From the NCBI RefSeq assembly GCF_009914755.1, contig NC_060932.1: 64,000 nucleotides of DNA; one strand, 5' to 3'. Positions 25,790-40,072 of this stretch are shown here, piece after piece (the stretch's first letter is position 1; each line of letters opens with the position of its first letter). The position numbers were made by a program, and so were the translations under genes. A model generated the notes under the pieces. The model did not search any database, had not been told where the DNA came from, and was given only the letters and a program-made list of their open reading frames with translations. Source of the DNA: the human T2T-CHM13v2.0 reference genome, Homo sapiens.

Positions 25790-26990
25790 CATCTTTCTCT
25801 TCCATTTATGATTTTATCCATTGACATATCGTCTATTATTTATTCTATGCAGATAACTCCCATATCCCTGTCTTCACACTGAACATCTCTCCTTCACTCT
25901 AGAGCCAAATACCCTCCTTCCTGTTTGGCATCTCTATCTGAATGTCACATCCTCATCTCATTCGTAAATAAATATCTTTCTCTCTCACACACACATTCAC
26001 AGACACACAGAACATTTAAATATGGTTTCTGTGTGTGTGTGTGGGCACATATGTGAAAGACAGAGATGGTTTGCAAGAGTACTTGGTATTTTTAAAAGTA
26101 CGTTGTTGACATGTATCTACTTAAGCAAAGCAATATTACCATATCAACTGACTCACTGGCAAAAACAAAAAATTAGCAAGCTAACATGTGGGCCAATCAA
26201 TGTGATCCTTTCACCAAAACAATAATTAAAGGAATCGTTATAGTTTGATGCTAAGAAGCAGTGAGAAACAGTATACTTTTCTGCTGGGTCTTCATAAGAA
26301 AATCTGTTAATGTATAACTGGACTTCTTTTCAAACTGAATGCACTGCTGATTCCATTGATTGAAAGGATACATGTTGTGGTCCTGGCCCGAGCATTGGCA
26401 TGTGAACTTGCTGGACAACCATACCTTATCAGGTCCCACAAATGAGTCAGTTGAGAAGGAAATACCAGTTAGAACAGATATATACTACTGTTTTTATTCA
26501 TCAGCTTAAGGAGCTGTCATGATTGTCACAGTGTACATATTTAAGTTGGTGAGTTTTAAGGTTTTAAATATGAAAATGTCTTATTTTCTGCAAATATTGG
26601 AGAGTGCGGTTCTAGCGAGGGAGATGCCAGGCTACAGACCTTAAGAACAAGAGATGAAATGAAGATTTTTGTCATAGGAGTTCTCTATAAAAATTGCACT
26701 TTTGAATGGAATTATTTTATACCATTTTTACTTAATTTCTTAAAATGCAAACTAAAAACATGTTTTTATAGGTCTTATGCGTTTTGACTTTTATTACGTA
26801 TTTTGTTAAACACTTTCCTAAAACTGAACAGAGAATGAGGAAAGACAATTCACCAAAATATGGATATTTTCCTTCCTTCCAAAACAACATTGCCTAAGGC
26901 CAAACTCATCATCTTCTGCCCAAAGCAGCTCTTTTTTCTTGGTTTCTTCTTTCTGCTCATAGCTCAATGATTTTCAAATGTTGTTTGCCT
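25790..26990 (+). mobile_element. L2 fragment in two collinear pieces (25790-25960 and 26880-26990)
   Basis: Left piece ends atctctatctgaatgtcacatcctcatctca; right piece resumes aaacaacattgcctaaggccaaactcatcatcttc, adjacent in the L2 consensus. Confidence 0.6.
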
Positions 26991-28149
26991 CTGTCTCAAC
27001 ATAGTGGTATAATATTGATCATGCTTTTGTTTGTGAGTATGTGATGTGAGAATTATGTCTGTGCTTAAAATGGAAAGACATTCACTTTTTAATGTTTGAT
27101 TTCTTCTACTCAGAGTTTTTACACTTAGGAAAATCTTGTTGCTGGGAAAATATCTGGTAATGGTATACTTAGAGACCCTTTGGGTTTCTAAGGTGGAGGG
27201 TGGAGTGGAAGGACAAAAAGAGTGAGAAAAGATAGTTGCTTATCTTCCTAGCCTGAGTTTGAGAGAGAAAGAAGTTTTAATCCAAAACAATTTAAGTTCA
27301 CAGAAAGATGTCTAGAGAAAGAATATAGCTCTACATATATTTTTGATTCTGCTGCTTTTGTTTCAAGAGGTGCTTCCAAGAATCAGGTAATAAACAATTT
27401 CTATTCACCTTTATAAATACATAATGCTAATAGTATTGTAGTAAAAGGGTAGTTTCCCTTTGTAATGGTTTTTAATATTGATCTATTACATTCTCTGAGC
27501 ACTTTCCTTGCAATAGTTTCATTTATTCTTTAGCTCTTTGGGCCATCAAAGGCCTCTGCTCTGGCTGTAAAGAATGGTAGCTAAATGTGCCCTGAGCTCT
27601 CGCTATAGTTTATCATTTACATTTTCTGTATCTTGTTAACTCTCAGCCTCTTTCTTATTTATAAGTCCTCTTGCCTAGTATTACTGTTGTCACTGCTGCT
27701 ACAGAATTTTGCTGATGTTAGAAATCACCACTGTTAGGCCTGGTAAAGACTATAGGTTGAATTTCCAACAGTTCAGATAGACATCTTATCAAAGTGATAG
27801 AATTATATCCAAAATGTTTGCTGAAATATGTGGGTTACAACAAGGGACAGAGTTTTCAGTTCAAGGAAGAACTGTTTACGTCACTTAGTTATGAGGAGTT
27901 TGACAGTATCAGTCCCAAATAAGATTATGGGGCACTCAAGGAGTTGATGACTGTCCAGGTGATTGCCCACAATAAGCTGGGTAACTGGTGCAATACTATC
28001 GCAGGCCTGAAGGTTTTCTTCACATCTGTTCACAAGATTTCACAGGGTCGATCAACAAAGTGACTGGTGGTTCATTTTCAGATAGTGCTTAGATGGCTTT
28101 GCATTTTGGTTCTTATTGCTATAGTTTTGCACAGTCTCTCATTATGACG

Positions 28150-28915
28150 TATCTGCACCAATATAAGCTTTGCAAATGGTTTCCTTGCCTTCCAACCGAC
28201 CCTAATCAAATTCATGGTTTGCATGGTTGACCACGTTATCTTTTAAAAATATATTATCTTATTAATTCAATAACTCAGGATTTACTTAACTTTAATGAAT
28301 ACCTATGATGTGCCAGACAAACTGTGACAAGTCTAGTGGGAGACAGACTTGTACACAGAAAATTATAAGACAATGTGCTGTGTGTTTTATCTGAGATACA
28401 ACCACTCCTTGATTAAAACTCTTCCATGGTTCCCTATTGTTAATAAGAAAATAGTTTAAGTTCTTCCCTGAAATAAAAGATCCTCCACAATTTGAATCCA
28501 CTTTACCGGCACAGCCTCATGGCTAGGCCCTTCCCCCACGTGCACTCAATGTGTCAACCACACAAATTGTGCTGATGTTCCCAGGAACTGCATCATTCCC
28601 CACAACTGGTGAATTCCTATACATTCTTCAACATTTAGCTTAAGCGTTATTATTTCCTTTGTGACTCTGACTCCAGACCTCTATAGCATAGCTAGTCATT
28701 CACTTCTTTTGGCTCTTATGGAAATTTTTTATATATCTCTTTTTTGTGGCTCATAATATCCTTTATTTCATTATTATAGCCACTAAATTATGTGATTCTT
28801 GAAGGCAGGAAGTATATCCCATACTTTTCATTTTTCTGATGTTTGGTTTCATGACTGGCACACATTTGATGCACGAGGTGTTGTTTTAAGGATAAGTGAA
28901 TGAATGAATAAGTGA
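28150..28915 (+). mobile_element. L2 with 3' end, containing a short antisense L2 piece (~28265-28385)
   Basis: aaaactcttccatggttccc...gattcttgaaggcagga...tggcacacat...gaatgaatgaat. Confidence 0.7.
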
Positions 28916-29476
28916 GTAAAATATGAAACCAGCATGTGGAGTTAACATTGGATTTTTTTTTAATCAATGCTGTTGAAGTACTCTTTACTGTTAAGCAATT
29001 ATCTTCTGGTAGAACACCTGGTACAAATCTATAACTATGTTGGCCAACAACTCAAAGTGATTACTGCAACCAATTTACGGCAATTAGAAGGAGGACCACA
29101 CTCCATAGAATTTAAAAGGTGCATTGACTGCACACCTGTATGACATAAAAGAAACTATGACCGCTTCAATAATCATAAAAGCATATTATTGTCTCATTAA
29201 TTGTTAAATAGGCCAATGACATAGTTATTTTATAAAATGAAGTTAAAGCAAAAAAGAAAAAGGTGAAAAGCAGCCTGTACAAGATTTAAAAAGAAATAGC
29301 AAGACAAAGAATTTTTAAAAGAAGATAATGTAATTCCACATATGTATTCACTTATATCTGTATAATAATTTTTATATCTTTTGGATATTTTTAGAGTTAC
29401 TAGAGGAAGTGGATTAGAGAAGGCCAAATACCATGGAAAGCAATGTGCGTATGGCTTCCTTCTGGCATGGAATCTG

Positions 29477-29740
29477 TAGTGCAGTGGTTAAGAGCCTGGG
29501 TTCTTGTAGCAGGCTGCTGGGTATGAGCCTTGCTCCATCCCATTCTAGCTATGTAATATTAGGAAAGTCACTTAACCTGTCTGTTTCTCAGAGAATAATA
29601 ATAGTACCTATCTGATAGGCACTACAAAATGAGAATAATAATAATACCTGGAAAACAAGAATAATAATAGTACCTATATGATAGGATTGTGAAAGGGTGT
29701 AAAATGGTAAGCTCTCAAAAATACTAGCTTTTATTACTAT
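29477..29740 (+). mobile_element. MIR with internal tandem duplications
   Basis: gtgcagtggttaagagcctgggttct...aagtcacttaacctgtctgtttctcag. Confidence 0.8.
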
Positions 29741-30898
29741 TTGTTAATTTCCTCTTTGGGCTCATATCATATCCTATCTTTTCCATTTTTTAGCTTGTGT
29801 CCTTACTGGCACTTGTGTCTTCCACATGTTTTCCATTTTGTATGTTTTTAATATGTTCATGTCAAGTCTCTATATCCCAAATATTGGCATTTTGTTTTAT
29901 GTAGGAGATGGTAATAATCATTAGTGGATGCAGAAGAAGCTCCAAATCCATTAATAACCAAGGCAACAGTATGATTCCATTCTTTTCCTTTGATTTTCTG
30001 CTACATGTTGTTCAGAAATCCTTGATGTTGCCTACGAAGACTCCAAATCATCTATTATCATTGAATTTAGGGCTAAAATAAGTACATTTAATTGTAACCC
30101 AGTTAATAAAAAGTAAGTGCTGAGAAAAATTATTAAAAGCTTCTGTGTAATGATAATTGTATTCCTGAGCCTAACAATTGGGTTAGGATACAACAATTTT
30201 TGTATTGGTTAGAGCTATACCCTGCTTTGGTTTGACAGTCAGAGCCAAAGACACAGCAATCTTCCCTCAAATATTGGAAGGACTTTGTCCTCCTGAATGA
30301 CTCTTTCAAATAATTTCTTTTATGACCAAACTTAGAAAGTAAATATCTATTCAGATGATGAAAAATACTAATGTTTGAAGAGCTATAAATATAAAATCAA
30401 TGAATGCCAACAAAACAAGGCATTGTACATATTATGAAATATAACTTAAGATTTTGGATCTCAATACTTGGAAACATTGAACTATGAACTATGTACTATT
30501 ATTATCTTAGAAAGCTTTACTCCATTTTAGACGGACTATACCACTTCAAATGGGCTGTTGATGCAAAATGAGCAAAAAAAAAGTGCATCAGTGGAACTTA
30601 TTTTAGTGAAATATTAACTGGCCACATTTCAAAATTATATTCTATACTGTCCTGTGACCAAAGATGCTAAAGAACTTCCTATTTAAGAGTACCATGAAAG
30701 GGTATGGCTGGAGGGTGAAATAAGAAAAGACACAGAATGTATTGTATTTGTAGGAATTAAGAATAAAAATGTGCTTCAAACGGAATGTTGAATATCATCA
30801 TAGCAACTACTTTTTTGATCAACAAGAATCATGAAAAACCAGAAGCTATGTCAGCTATGCTTTGGATAAAGTTACTGCTTTTTAAAAATCAAGTTAAT

Positions 30899-31342
30899 GA
30901 TTCACAACAGTAAAGACATAGAATCAACCTAGGTGCCCATCAACAGTGGACTGGATAAAGAAAATGTGGTACATATATACTATGGAATACTATGCAGTCA
31001 TAAAAAAGAATGAAATCATGTCCTTTGCAGCATGGATGCAGCTGGAGACCATTATCCTAAGCGAATTAACATGGGAACAGAAAACCAAATACCACATATT
31101 CTCAGTTATAAGTGGGATTTAAACACTGGGTATTCCTGGATATAAGGATGGCAACAGTAGATCCTGGGGACTACTAGAGTGGTAGGTAGGGAGGGTGACA
31201 AGGGTTGAAGAACTAACAATTGGGTACTATGCTCAGTAACTGGGTGATGTGATCATTTGTACCCCAAACCTCAACATCACACAATATACCTAGGTAACAA
31301 ACGAGCACATGTACCCCCTGAATCTAAAATAAATATTGAAAC
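30899..31342 (+). mobile_element. 5'-truncated L1 3' end, L1PA15/16-like
   Basis: gaatcaacctaggtgcccatcaac...gggtactatgctcag...gcacatgtaccccctgaatctaaaataaa; TSD aaaatcaagttaat / aaaatcaagtgaat. Confidence 0.92.
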
Positions 31343-31538
31343 AAAATCAAGTGAATAAATAAAAAATAAATAATAAAATTAATGTGATATAGGCATACTT
31401 CTATGATTCTCTATTGAACAGACCTTATTGAGAAAACAGTCAATCAAAAGTTGCCGATAAAGGTAAAGGATTGAACACACACATCTACAGTCTGCCCCTG
31501 AATTTCTAATTAATAACTGTAAAGGGATTTTTAAAGAC

Positions 31539-32067
31539 TGTATGAGTTAGCTTTTCCTGCATAACAATATATGCCTGAAATAAAGTGGCTTTAAACAACA
31601 ACCATTTATTTAGTTCAGATTCTGTGGATTTGCAATGTGAGCTGGGCTCAGATAAATGATTTTTTTGGTTTCAGTAGGGCTCCTTCATGTATTTGCAGTC
31701 AGCTGCAGGTCAAGTGCAGATTTGCTAATCTTGACTGAACTCCCATATCTCCCCAGCCTCATTTGGGACCTCTGAGTTGACTCAGGCTACCATCCAACAC
31801 CAGGCCAGATCAAGCTTATCCATATGGAGAAGAAGGGGATCTTGAGAAAGTGAATGGAGTGTTTAGGGTCTCTTGAGATCTACCCTTTGATCAGATACAT
31901 TGTCACTTCTACCTTATTCTGCTGGCTGAAGCAAGTCACAAGGCCTGTCCAGATTTAAGGCATGGAAAAATTGGCTTTGCCACTTTTTTAGTGGAGCTGC
32001 AAATTTACATTGCAAGGGGCATGAATATGAGGAGGAAATTACGGATATTTCTATATTTAATCTACCC
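31539..32067 (-). mobile_element. MaLR solo LTR, MLT1 (G/H-like)
   Basis: gtggctttaaacaacaaccatttatttag-tca-gattctgtgg...gctgggctcag...aagcaagtcacaaggcc-gtccagatt. Confidence 0.8.
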
Positions 32068-32530
32068 GAATTGTATAAACCCACAAGGGCAAAGAGAACA
32101 GAGGAGAAAACAATAGAAATGAAATTTTGGAAGCTAGAAGGAAAATTAACGAGTAGCAATTGACTTTGAGACACTTGAGAAAGCTGAATCCTAAACTTGC
32201 AGTGGGGAGAGACAAGAAGCAATCCAGTGTACTAATGTAATCCATAGAATCTTCTAAAGTCTCAGAAATTGATATACCTGGTATACATGCCAGGTATTTA
32301 TGGAAATGGGAAGATGAAGGTGGAGATAGAAACAGGAAGATTCATTGAAATTCTCTTTACGTAGTATTGCAGTTAGACATTCAGATTCTATCCCCCAGTC
32401 TGCCCGGTCATTAACTGCCATTGTCTCCCTATACTACCCCAGAGAAAACAGGAGGTTTAGTTTATGAAGTAGGTAAAAACAAGGGTTTCTGGACTTATTG
32501 ACACCCTAAACACAATTGAGGATTGAGGTG
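32068..32530 (+). mobile_element. Old L1-related 5' region (HAL1/L1M-like)
   Basis: aaacccacaagggcaaagagaac...aaattttggaagct...gagaaagctgaatcctaa...gcagtgggg recalled from HAL1/L1M 5' consensus. Confidence 0.5.
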
Positions 32531-32531
32531 T

Positions 32532-32733
32532 TGTGGTAGGGAAAATAATGGCTACCAAAGATGTCCACATCCTAATCCTCAGAACCTATGGATATGTTAG
32601 GTTACATGGCAAAGGGAAATTAAGGTTGCATGTGGAATTAAACTTGTGTCAGCTGACTTGAGATGAAAACTTAGCCTGTATTATCCTGGTGGGCCCAGTG
32701 TAATCACAAGGATCCTTATAGGAAGAGATGTGT
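32532..32733 (+). mobile_element. MLT1D/E-like LTR, 5' part
   Basis: tgtggtagg-aaataatggc-ccaaagatgtccacatcctaatcc...ttacatggcaaaggga...gggcccagtgtaatcacaagg. Confidence 0.85.
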
Positions 32734-33544
32734 GACAGGTCTACTGAATATTCTATCTTCCCTCTTAATATCACATTTTGTGTCATACCCATTTATCCCT
32801 GGGATCCCTAAGAAGCAAAAACTCAGTCTCATGGCATTTCTGCAGCTAGATAACCTATGAAGTTTACACTTCTTTTTTGGATTAACTTTCCTACTTTTTC
32901 CTTTAAAATTTTTTCACCAGAGGGAGCATCCTATTTGGAAAGAAGAAAAAAGACTCCTTCTCTGGCAGTGTATTTGACACTGATTCAAAGCAAAGCAAAA
33001 CTTGCTTTTGGCAAATGCAAGAAAACCCAAACCTTAAAACTCTAAAAAAGGGACTACTAACACAAGGAGGGGAGAAAACCTAAATCATGCTGTTAACTGT
33101 CCAACTGAGCAATTAAGCACAGTGGAGTTTTAAGTGGTCTGCAAACAGTGCCTGAAGAATCTAGTTAATATATGGCAATGGCTCCTCACTAATTGTGACT
33201 CTCAAATGAAGTAACTCTCCATGCCCTTCTCTGGAGAACATGATGGAGAAAAAAACCAAACAAAATTGTTCCTTCTGAGTCATTCTGCTTGTTCCTAAAA
33301 CAGCAATAACAGCAGCAGCAAAACTCTGGTTTTAGCCTGTTGGATTCCTTGCTGCAAGAGTTGCTGAAGGGCTCCAGGATCTGTAGCCTGCTTGAAGCTG
33401 TCAGCTTCATCCCCCACATCTTGTCAGCAAATAACGATTAAACTTTAACTTGCCTACTCTTTATTTCTATGGCAGTCTAACTTTTCTTTAGGAGCGTCTG
33501 TCTTTTTGGAGATGCAGTGACAACTTAACCGAAAATGTGTTGTG

Positions 33545-33610
33545 AGTGTCTAGCACATTGAGTGGTACAGAGTTGGCCACTCAATAAATATTGGTAGAAG
33601 TGAATTGAAT
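33545..33610 (+). mobile_element. L2 3' end
   Basis: gtctagcaca...ctcaataaatattggtagaagtgaattgaat. Confidence 0.6.
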
Positions 33611-33726
33611 AAGATTTAAAAAGTAATTGAAAGGGTGGATTAGTAAAATCTTATTTATAGAATGCATTCTAAGCCTCTTTTAATTGCAGGCATAGTTGTG
33701 ATGTCCAAGTACTTTCTGATTATATA

Positions 33727-33875
33727 TTGATTCAATTTAACAAATATTTACTGAGCCCTACTAGCCACACTGCACCAAGAGCTTGAGAGAGGGGAGAGAC
33801 AGTAATGCAAAAACTATATCCACCACATCCCTTGTTCTCACAGAATTTATAATCTAGTAGGACAGATGGACTAGA
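33727..33875 (-). mobile_element. L2 3' end (antisense)
   Basis: attcaatttaacaaatatttactgagccctacta...cccttgttctcacagaatttataatctagt. Confidence 0.75.
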
Positions 33876-34574
33876 ATAATAGTCTGTTTTTAAAAGTTGG
33901 GTAAAGAAGTAGTTGGAATGTCCTTAAGAAAAATCTTACTTAACTCAAAGAGTGCTAGATAAATTAATGGGGAACAAGATTCCTAGCCTGGAAAAAGAAG
34001 AAAAAGAAAAAAACCGGGGTTGGGTGTATAGTGTTTTCCGAAGGTAAATAAAATGTTTCTAGAGCCATGGTTTCTTACTGCAGACTTAGGGCTTGTTCCC
34101 TTTCTTTACAGTGTCACCCTGATTCCCTACATATTTCCCCATCTTTTCCCAAGTAACTTCACTAGGCTTTGATATAAACTGGTCAACATTAGGGAGTTCC
34201 CACCCAATAAAGATGTTCATACTCCCCGAACTCTGTGCTTCACAGATGCCCTCTACTGGTTTGGCTTGCTCATAAGCTATGCTTTTAGGGAATCGGATTC
34301 AAAAGTTGAGATTGGTAAAGGATTCTTGAACAAGAAAACACTTACATTGGCCTTGGAGGAATCAATTTTTCTGGGCACTCAATGTTTCTTGGGACTGTGC
34401 CAGGAGCATGCGGGCCACTGCCAGGAATTGAATGGAACTACCAAACCAAAGAGGCCTTGGGGGGTAACCTGTGGAGGACCCCACCTATTTTATGCTTTCT
34501 AGGGAGACGATGATCTGCTGTTATCTCTCAAACTTCTTCCAAATGGTTTAGAATTATGCTATGTTGAGAAGAGT

Positions 34575-35140
34575 AATGACTCTAGTTTGTCTGTCTAGAG
34601 CCTTGTGGGAACTCTCTGTTGGGAACTGCTTTTCCTTCTGCTCTAGCTATGTGATTCTGGGGAGAGCCACCTTGTTCTTATTTGACATCACTATATTGCC
34701 ATAGGTACTGTAATTGGTGCATGGGTGCACAAATTACCCAAAGTGAGAAAACCAAAGTAATCCCTGAGGTGTTCCTAACTGGAACTGGGGAATGAGAGTA
34801 AGTCCTTCTCAGGTTGTGGGAAGCTTGGGATAGGAAGTTTGCCAGCTCTTGGCAGTTATGTTTTCTATCATATGGTGTCAGCGCATCTGCAGTGGGATAT
34901 GATGTATGTGATGCGGAAAGAAAAGCAAAGACAAGAAATACACAAAGAGTCCCAATGGTGTTGAATCCCTGGTTTCTATTGTTTGAGAGGCACAGTTTAA
35001 CTCTGGATGGACTTGGTTATTTAATCGTTCCTCTAGTTAGTAGAAATACACTAGCATGCTTCCAAATAATTCCCTTTTTGTGTATCCTTCTTCACATGGG
35101 GTTTCTGTCATTTGCAATCTTTAAGAGTCCTGATTAATAA
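34575..35140 (+). mobile_element. ERVL solo LTR, LTR16-like
   Basis: 3' end gggtttctgtcatttgcaatctttaagagtcctgattaata. Confidence 0.65.
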
Positions 35141-35269
35141 AAGAATCTGCTCTGATGCTTTCCCCTTTTCTCCCTGTTTCCTATAATCTTCCCTTTGCTT
35201 TCATAAACCACAAGCTATTTCCATTCTTTACTGTGTAATTCTCTGTTTATTTCTTCTCCATTTCTACCT

Positions 35270-35389
35270 GGTCCTTCCTTTCTTCCTTCCCTTTCCATTT
35301 TCTTTTTCTTTTTCCTTCCTTTCTTTCCCTCTCTTTCCGTTTCTCCCCTCCCTCCCTCCCTCCCTTCCTTCCTTCCTTCCTCCTTCTTC

Positions 35390-35416
<27 letters not shown>
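35270..35416. repeat. Polypyrimidine low-complexity tract ((CCTT)n/(CCCT)n/T-runs)
   Basis: Direct reading; continuous with the antisense Alu tail. Confidence 0.95.
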
Positions 35417-36103
<687 letters not shown>

Positions 36104-36197
36104 TAAAAGCTCTTTTGAAAGTGATTCTTTGGCAGCTGGTATTTGGGATTATGCTAACGATAAAGACATAAAAAATAGAAATAAATGTGTGGTTCCA

Positions 36198-36489
<292 letters not shown>

Positions 36490-36637
36490 GGCAGTAAATG
36501 TGTGTGGTTTTTGTTGATTACCTCTGGGTTATATAATTACTGATAAATTTTATGTTTTGCTTTTCTGTGTTTCAGAAAATTCCTATAATAAACAAAGATT
36601 TTCCTTTTATAAAAATATTTTGTTACTGATCATTTTA

Positions 36638-37195
<558 letters not shown>

Positions 37196-37849
37196 CCTGC
37201 ATAAGGATGACTCTCAAAAAATCACCTTTAGAGAGTTGAGACTTATAGCTTACATGCTTACATGTCCTTAGCAAATATGGGTGGATAAATGAATAATGAA
37301 TAGACAGGTGAATGAATAAGTGTTTCTCCTAAACACAAAGTAAGTACCAGTATGGCAAAGCCTGATTCCATATAAAGCCCTCCGATAATTTACCAGACTG
37401 TCAATTTTACCAGGAAATATGTCTGTACTCTTTGCCCGAGGATGAATACTCAGTAGACTCTCTGGGCTCAACCTGGATATGGTATATTTGACAGCTTTAA
37501 ATAGAGAAAGAAAGCTACACTCCTGCATTCATCCCAGCTGGTAAAGGAAAGGCAGATGCTCAATACAAATATTTTAGCAAGTTACAAAGACAGCGAGGAA
37601 GAAAAAGGTCAGACTGAAAATAATGCTCTCTCAGAGGAAACATTTGGCCAAGGAAAGTCACAGATGCAGTATCCTTGGTCTAAAGGGAACTATAACCCAT
37701 ATGACTTCAGCCTGAGTTGCCACACAGATGGCAAGTTAGGGGAAAATAAGGCAGTTAAGGAGAAACTGAGGTAGTTTAAAGAGAATGATAATACCCAGGA
37801 TATGGAGAAATTGGCACATCATATAGATATAGTACACATGGAAATGTAT

Positions 37850-38370
37850 ATCAGAGCTGCATTTATGCAAAATACTCTGATCGTATGTCTCATGCCTTCT
37901 AAACAAGCAAATCCACTTGGGAGAATTCATACTAAGGAAAGTTTCAGGAGTTTGTACTTAGATGTGTGTAAGAATGTTGAGCTGAGTGTTTGGTTGCTTT
38001 TATAAAAAGAAAGAAATGGAAACAAACATTAATGAGAGGTACCTGGTTAAATTATAGCACATCTGTAAAATAAATATTATGCAGTAATTAAAAATGACAC
38101 TGATTAATATTCATGGATATGAGAATATACCCAATATATTCCCACATACTTTTAAGTGAAAAAGCGTATTTTAAAGTAGTGTGCATAAAGTGATCCTGCT
38201 TCTTGTTGAAAATATTAATGGAGATATGGCTATAAATACATGTGTATTTTAGATATTCTGAAAGGTTATGCCATGATATTTGCAGTAGTTGTATTTGGAT
38301 GGCAGAAATTACAGACATTTAAAGTGTGTTTGCCTATCTTAATTTTCTGTCTTTCTATAAGGAATATATG
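37850..38370 (+). mobile_element. Old L1M/L1ME 3' fragment
   Basis: agcaaatccacttgggagaattcatactaagga...tggttaaattatagcacatc...tattatgcagtaattaaaaatga. Confidence 0.65.
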
Positions 38371-38479
38371 TTAAAAGTATATTAATATAAGTTAAATTAA
38401 CTTTAAAAGGGAAGATGGGGACATTGACAAGTCAACTACATCCTCCCTTCTCACATTTCATTCTTAAAGACCCCACTCT

Positions 38480-38877
38480 CAGTTCCTGGAAGAAGTGGTA
38501 GACGTATTATGTGTCATGGAACCCCATCTATCCTAGACATCCCCCGGGGCATCTGGAATTGAGATACTGACAAGCAGAGGCAGATGATGAGTGCTTGAAC
38601 TGAAAGGTCATATAGAGCAGAATCCAGAGTTGTCACTGCTGTAAGTCAAACCACATGCAACTGAAATATGGGAGAATACAGAGGCCCTAAATAAACCCAG
38701 AAAGCCAGCTTGCAGAGAAGAAACAGAGATGAAGGCAGATGTCCAGAGAGGAACAGAACTGAGAGACCAAGGGGCCCACTGAGGAATGGAAGGCACAGCC
38801 TTGCTATCAAACCCTCCAGTTCTGATTCCTACATGGCCCAATTCTATTTCATTTCTGGCTCTTAGAACATTTATAAA

Positions 38878-38924
<47 letters not shown>

Positions 38925-38995
38925 TTAAATAGAAATCCCATTTACCCAAATAAATTGGAGTGAGATCCTGTTCATTGAGGGACTTGATGAAGACA
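38480..38995 (+). mobile_element. Possible old ERVL LTR (LTR67B/LTR16-like)
   Basis: LTR-like layout ending aaatcccattt...ggagtgagatcctgttcattg...gacttgatgaagaca; family uncertain. Confidence 0.4.
38880..38922. repeat. (TG)n microsatellite
   Basis: Direct reading; uninterrupted. Confidence 0.98.
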
Positions 38996-39115
38996 GAAAT
39001 GTATATCCCAAAACAAACATCAGGGTAGGGCAGTAGTAGTGGGCTTTGAGTGAGCTACCATCCTCAATGCGCCATCATCCACAGATTGTGGGAGGCTTCC
39101 CATCATATCAAACAC

Positions 39116-39483
39116 TATCCTAGTTTGTTCCTGCTGCTATAAGAAAATACCTTAGATTGGTTAATTCATAACAACAAAAATCTATTTCTCATAGTTCTGG
39201 AGGCTGGGAAGTCCATGATCAAGGGGCCGGCAGATTTGTTGTCTGGTGAGGGCTTGCGCTATGCTTCCAAGATGGTGCCTTGTTGCTGTGTCCTCACATG
39301 GCAGAAGGACAAAAGGGATGAATTCGCTCCCATAAGCCCTTTTATAGGGGTCTAATCCCATCCATGAGAGCAGAGTCCTTATGGCCTAGTCACCTCCTAA
39401 AGATCCCACCTCTCAATACTGTTGCATTAGACATTAAGTTTCAGTATGCATTTTGGAGGGACACAAATATTCAAACCATAGAA
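39116..39483 (-). mobile_element. MaLR solo LTR, MSTD/MLT1A-like
   Basis: ctgctataagaaaataccttag...gttctggaggctgggaagtcc...ttcaaaccatag; perfect TSD aacac/aacac. Confidence 0.9.
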
Positions 39484-40072
39484 AACACCAAACTGGGATT
39501 TTTACTTTTCTGTTCTTGGCCATGAAAGCCATGAAACTGGTGACAGCATTCTCTTTCAGTAACCAATTGAAAAAAAAATGAGAAGTAAAACCTTGACAAA
39601 TGTTTCTCCCAAGGCAGGTGTTAATTCCTAACTGATATCTACCAAAAATGTGATTTTGTGAATGTCCTTAAAGGCCTTTAAAGGTGAGGAATTTTACAGT
39701 GAAGCTCTCCTATTAAGTATTTTGAATTTGTTGTGCAGAACTTAGCCTAATGTGCTTGACAGCCTTGGCGAAAAATGCACGATATAAATGCATCATCAGT
39801 ATAATAATATAAATTGAATTAGAATGCTCATTCTGTTCTGCTGAGTTTCTTTCCTGAGCTGATTATGTCTGAAATGGCTCTTGTTAGAAGCTTTCTCATT
39901 ATGAGGAACTCACTGTTCTGTTACCAGCTCTCTGTCAAGTGCCACCTGTTTGGCACTTTTTACTCTTATATTTTTAAAGTCAAGTAGCCCATCATGTTAA
40001 TATTTGAAGTTTAGAGTCATGGCATTAGAATTGCAGCATGCAGCTTCCCTTGGTTATGTTTTTTGCTAATAG

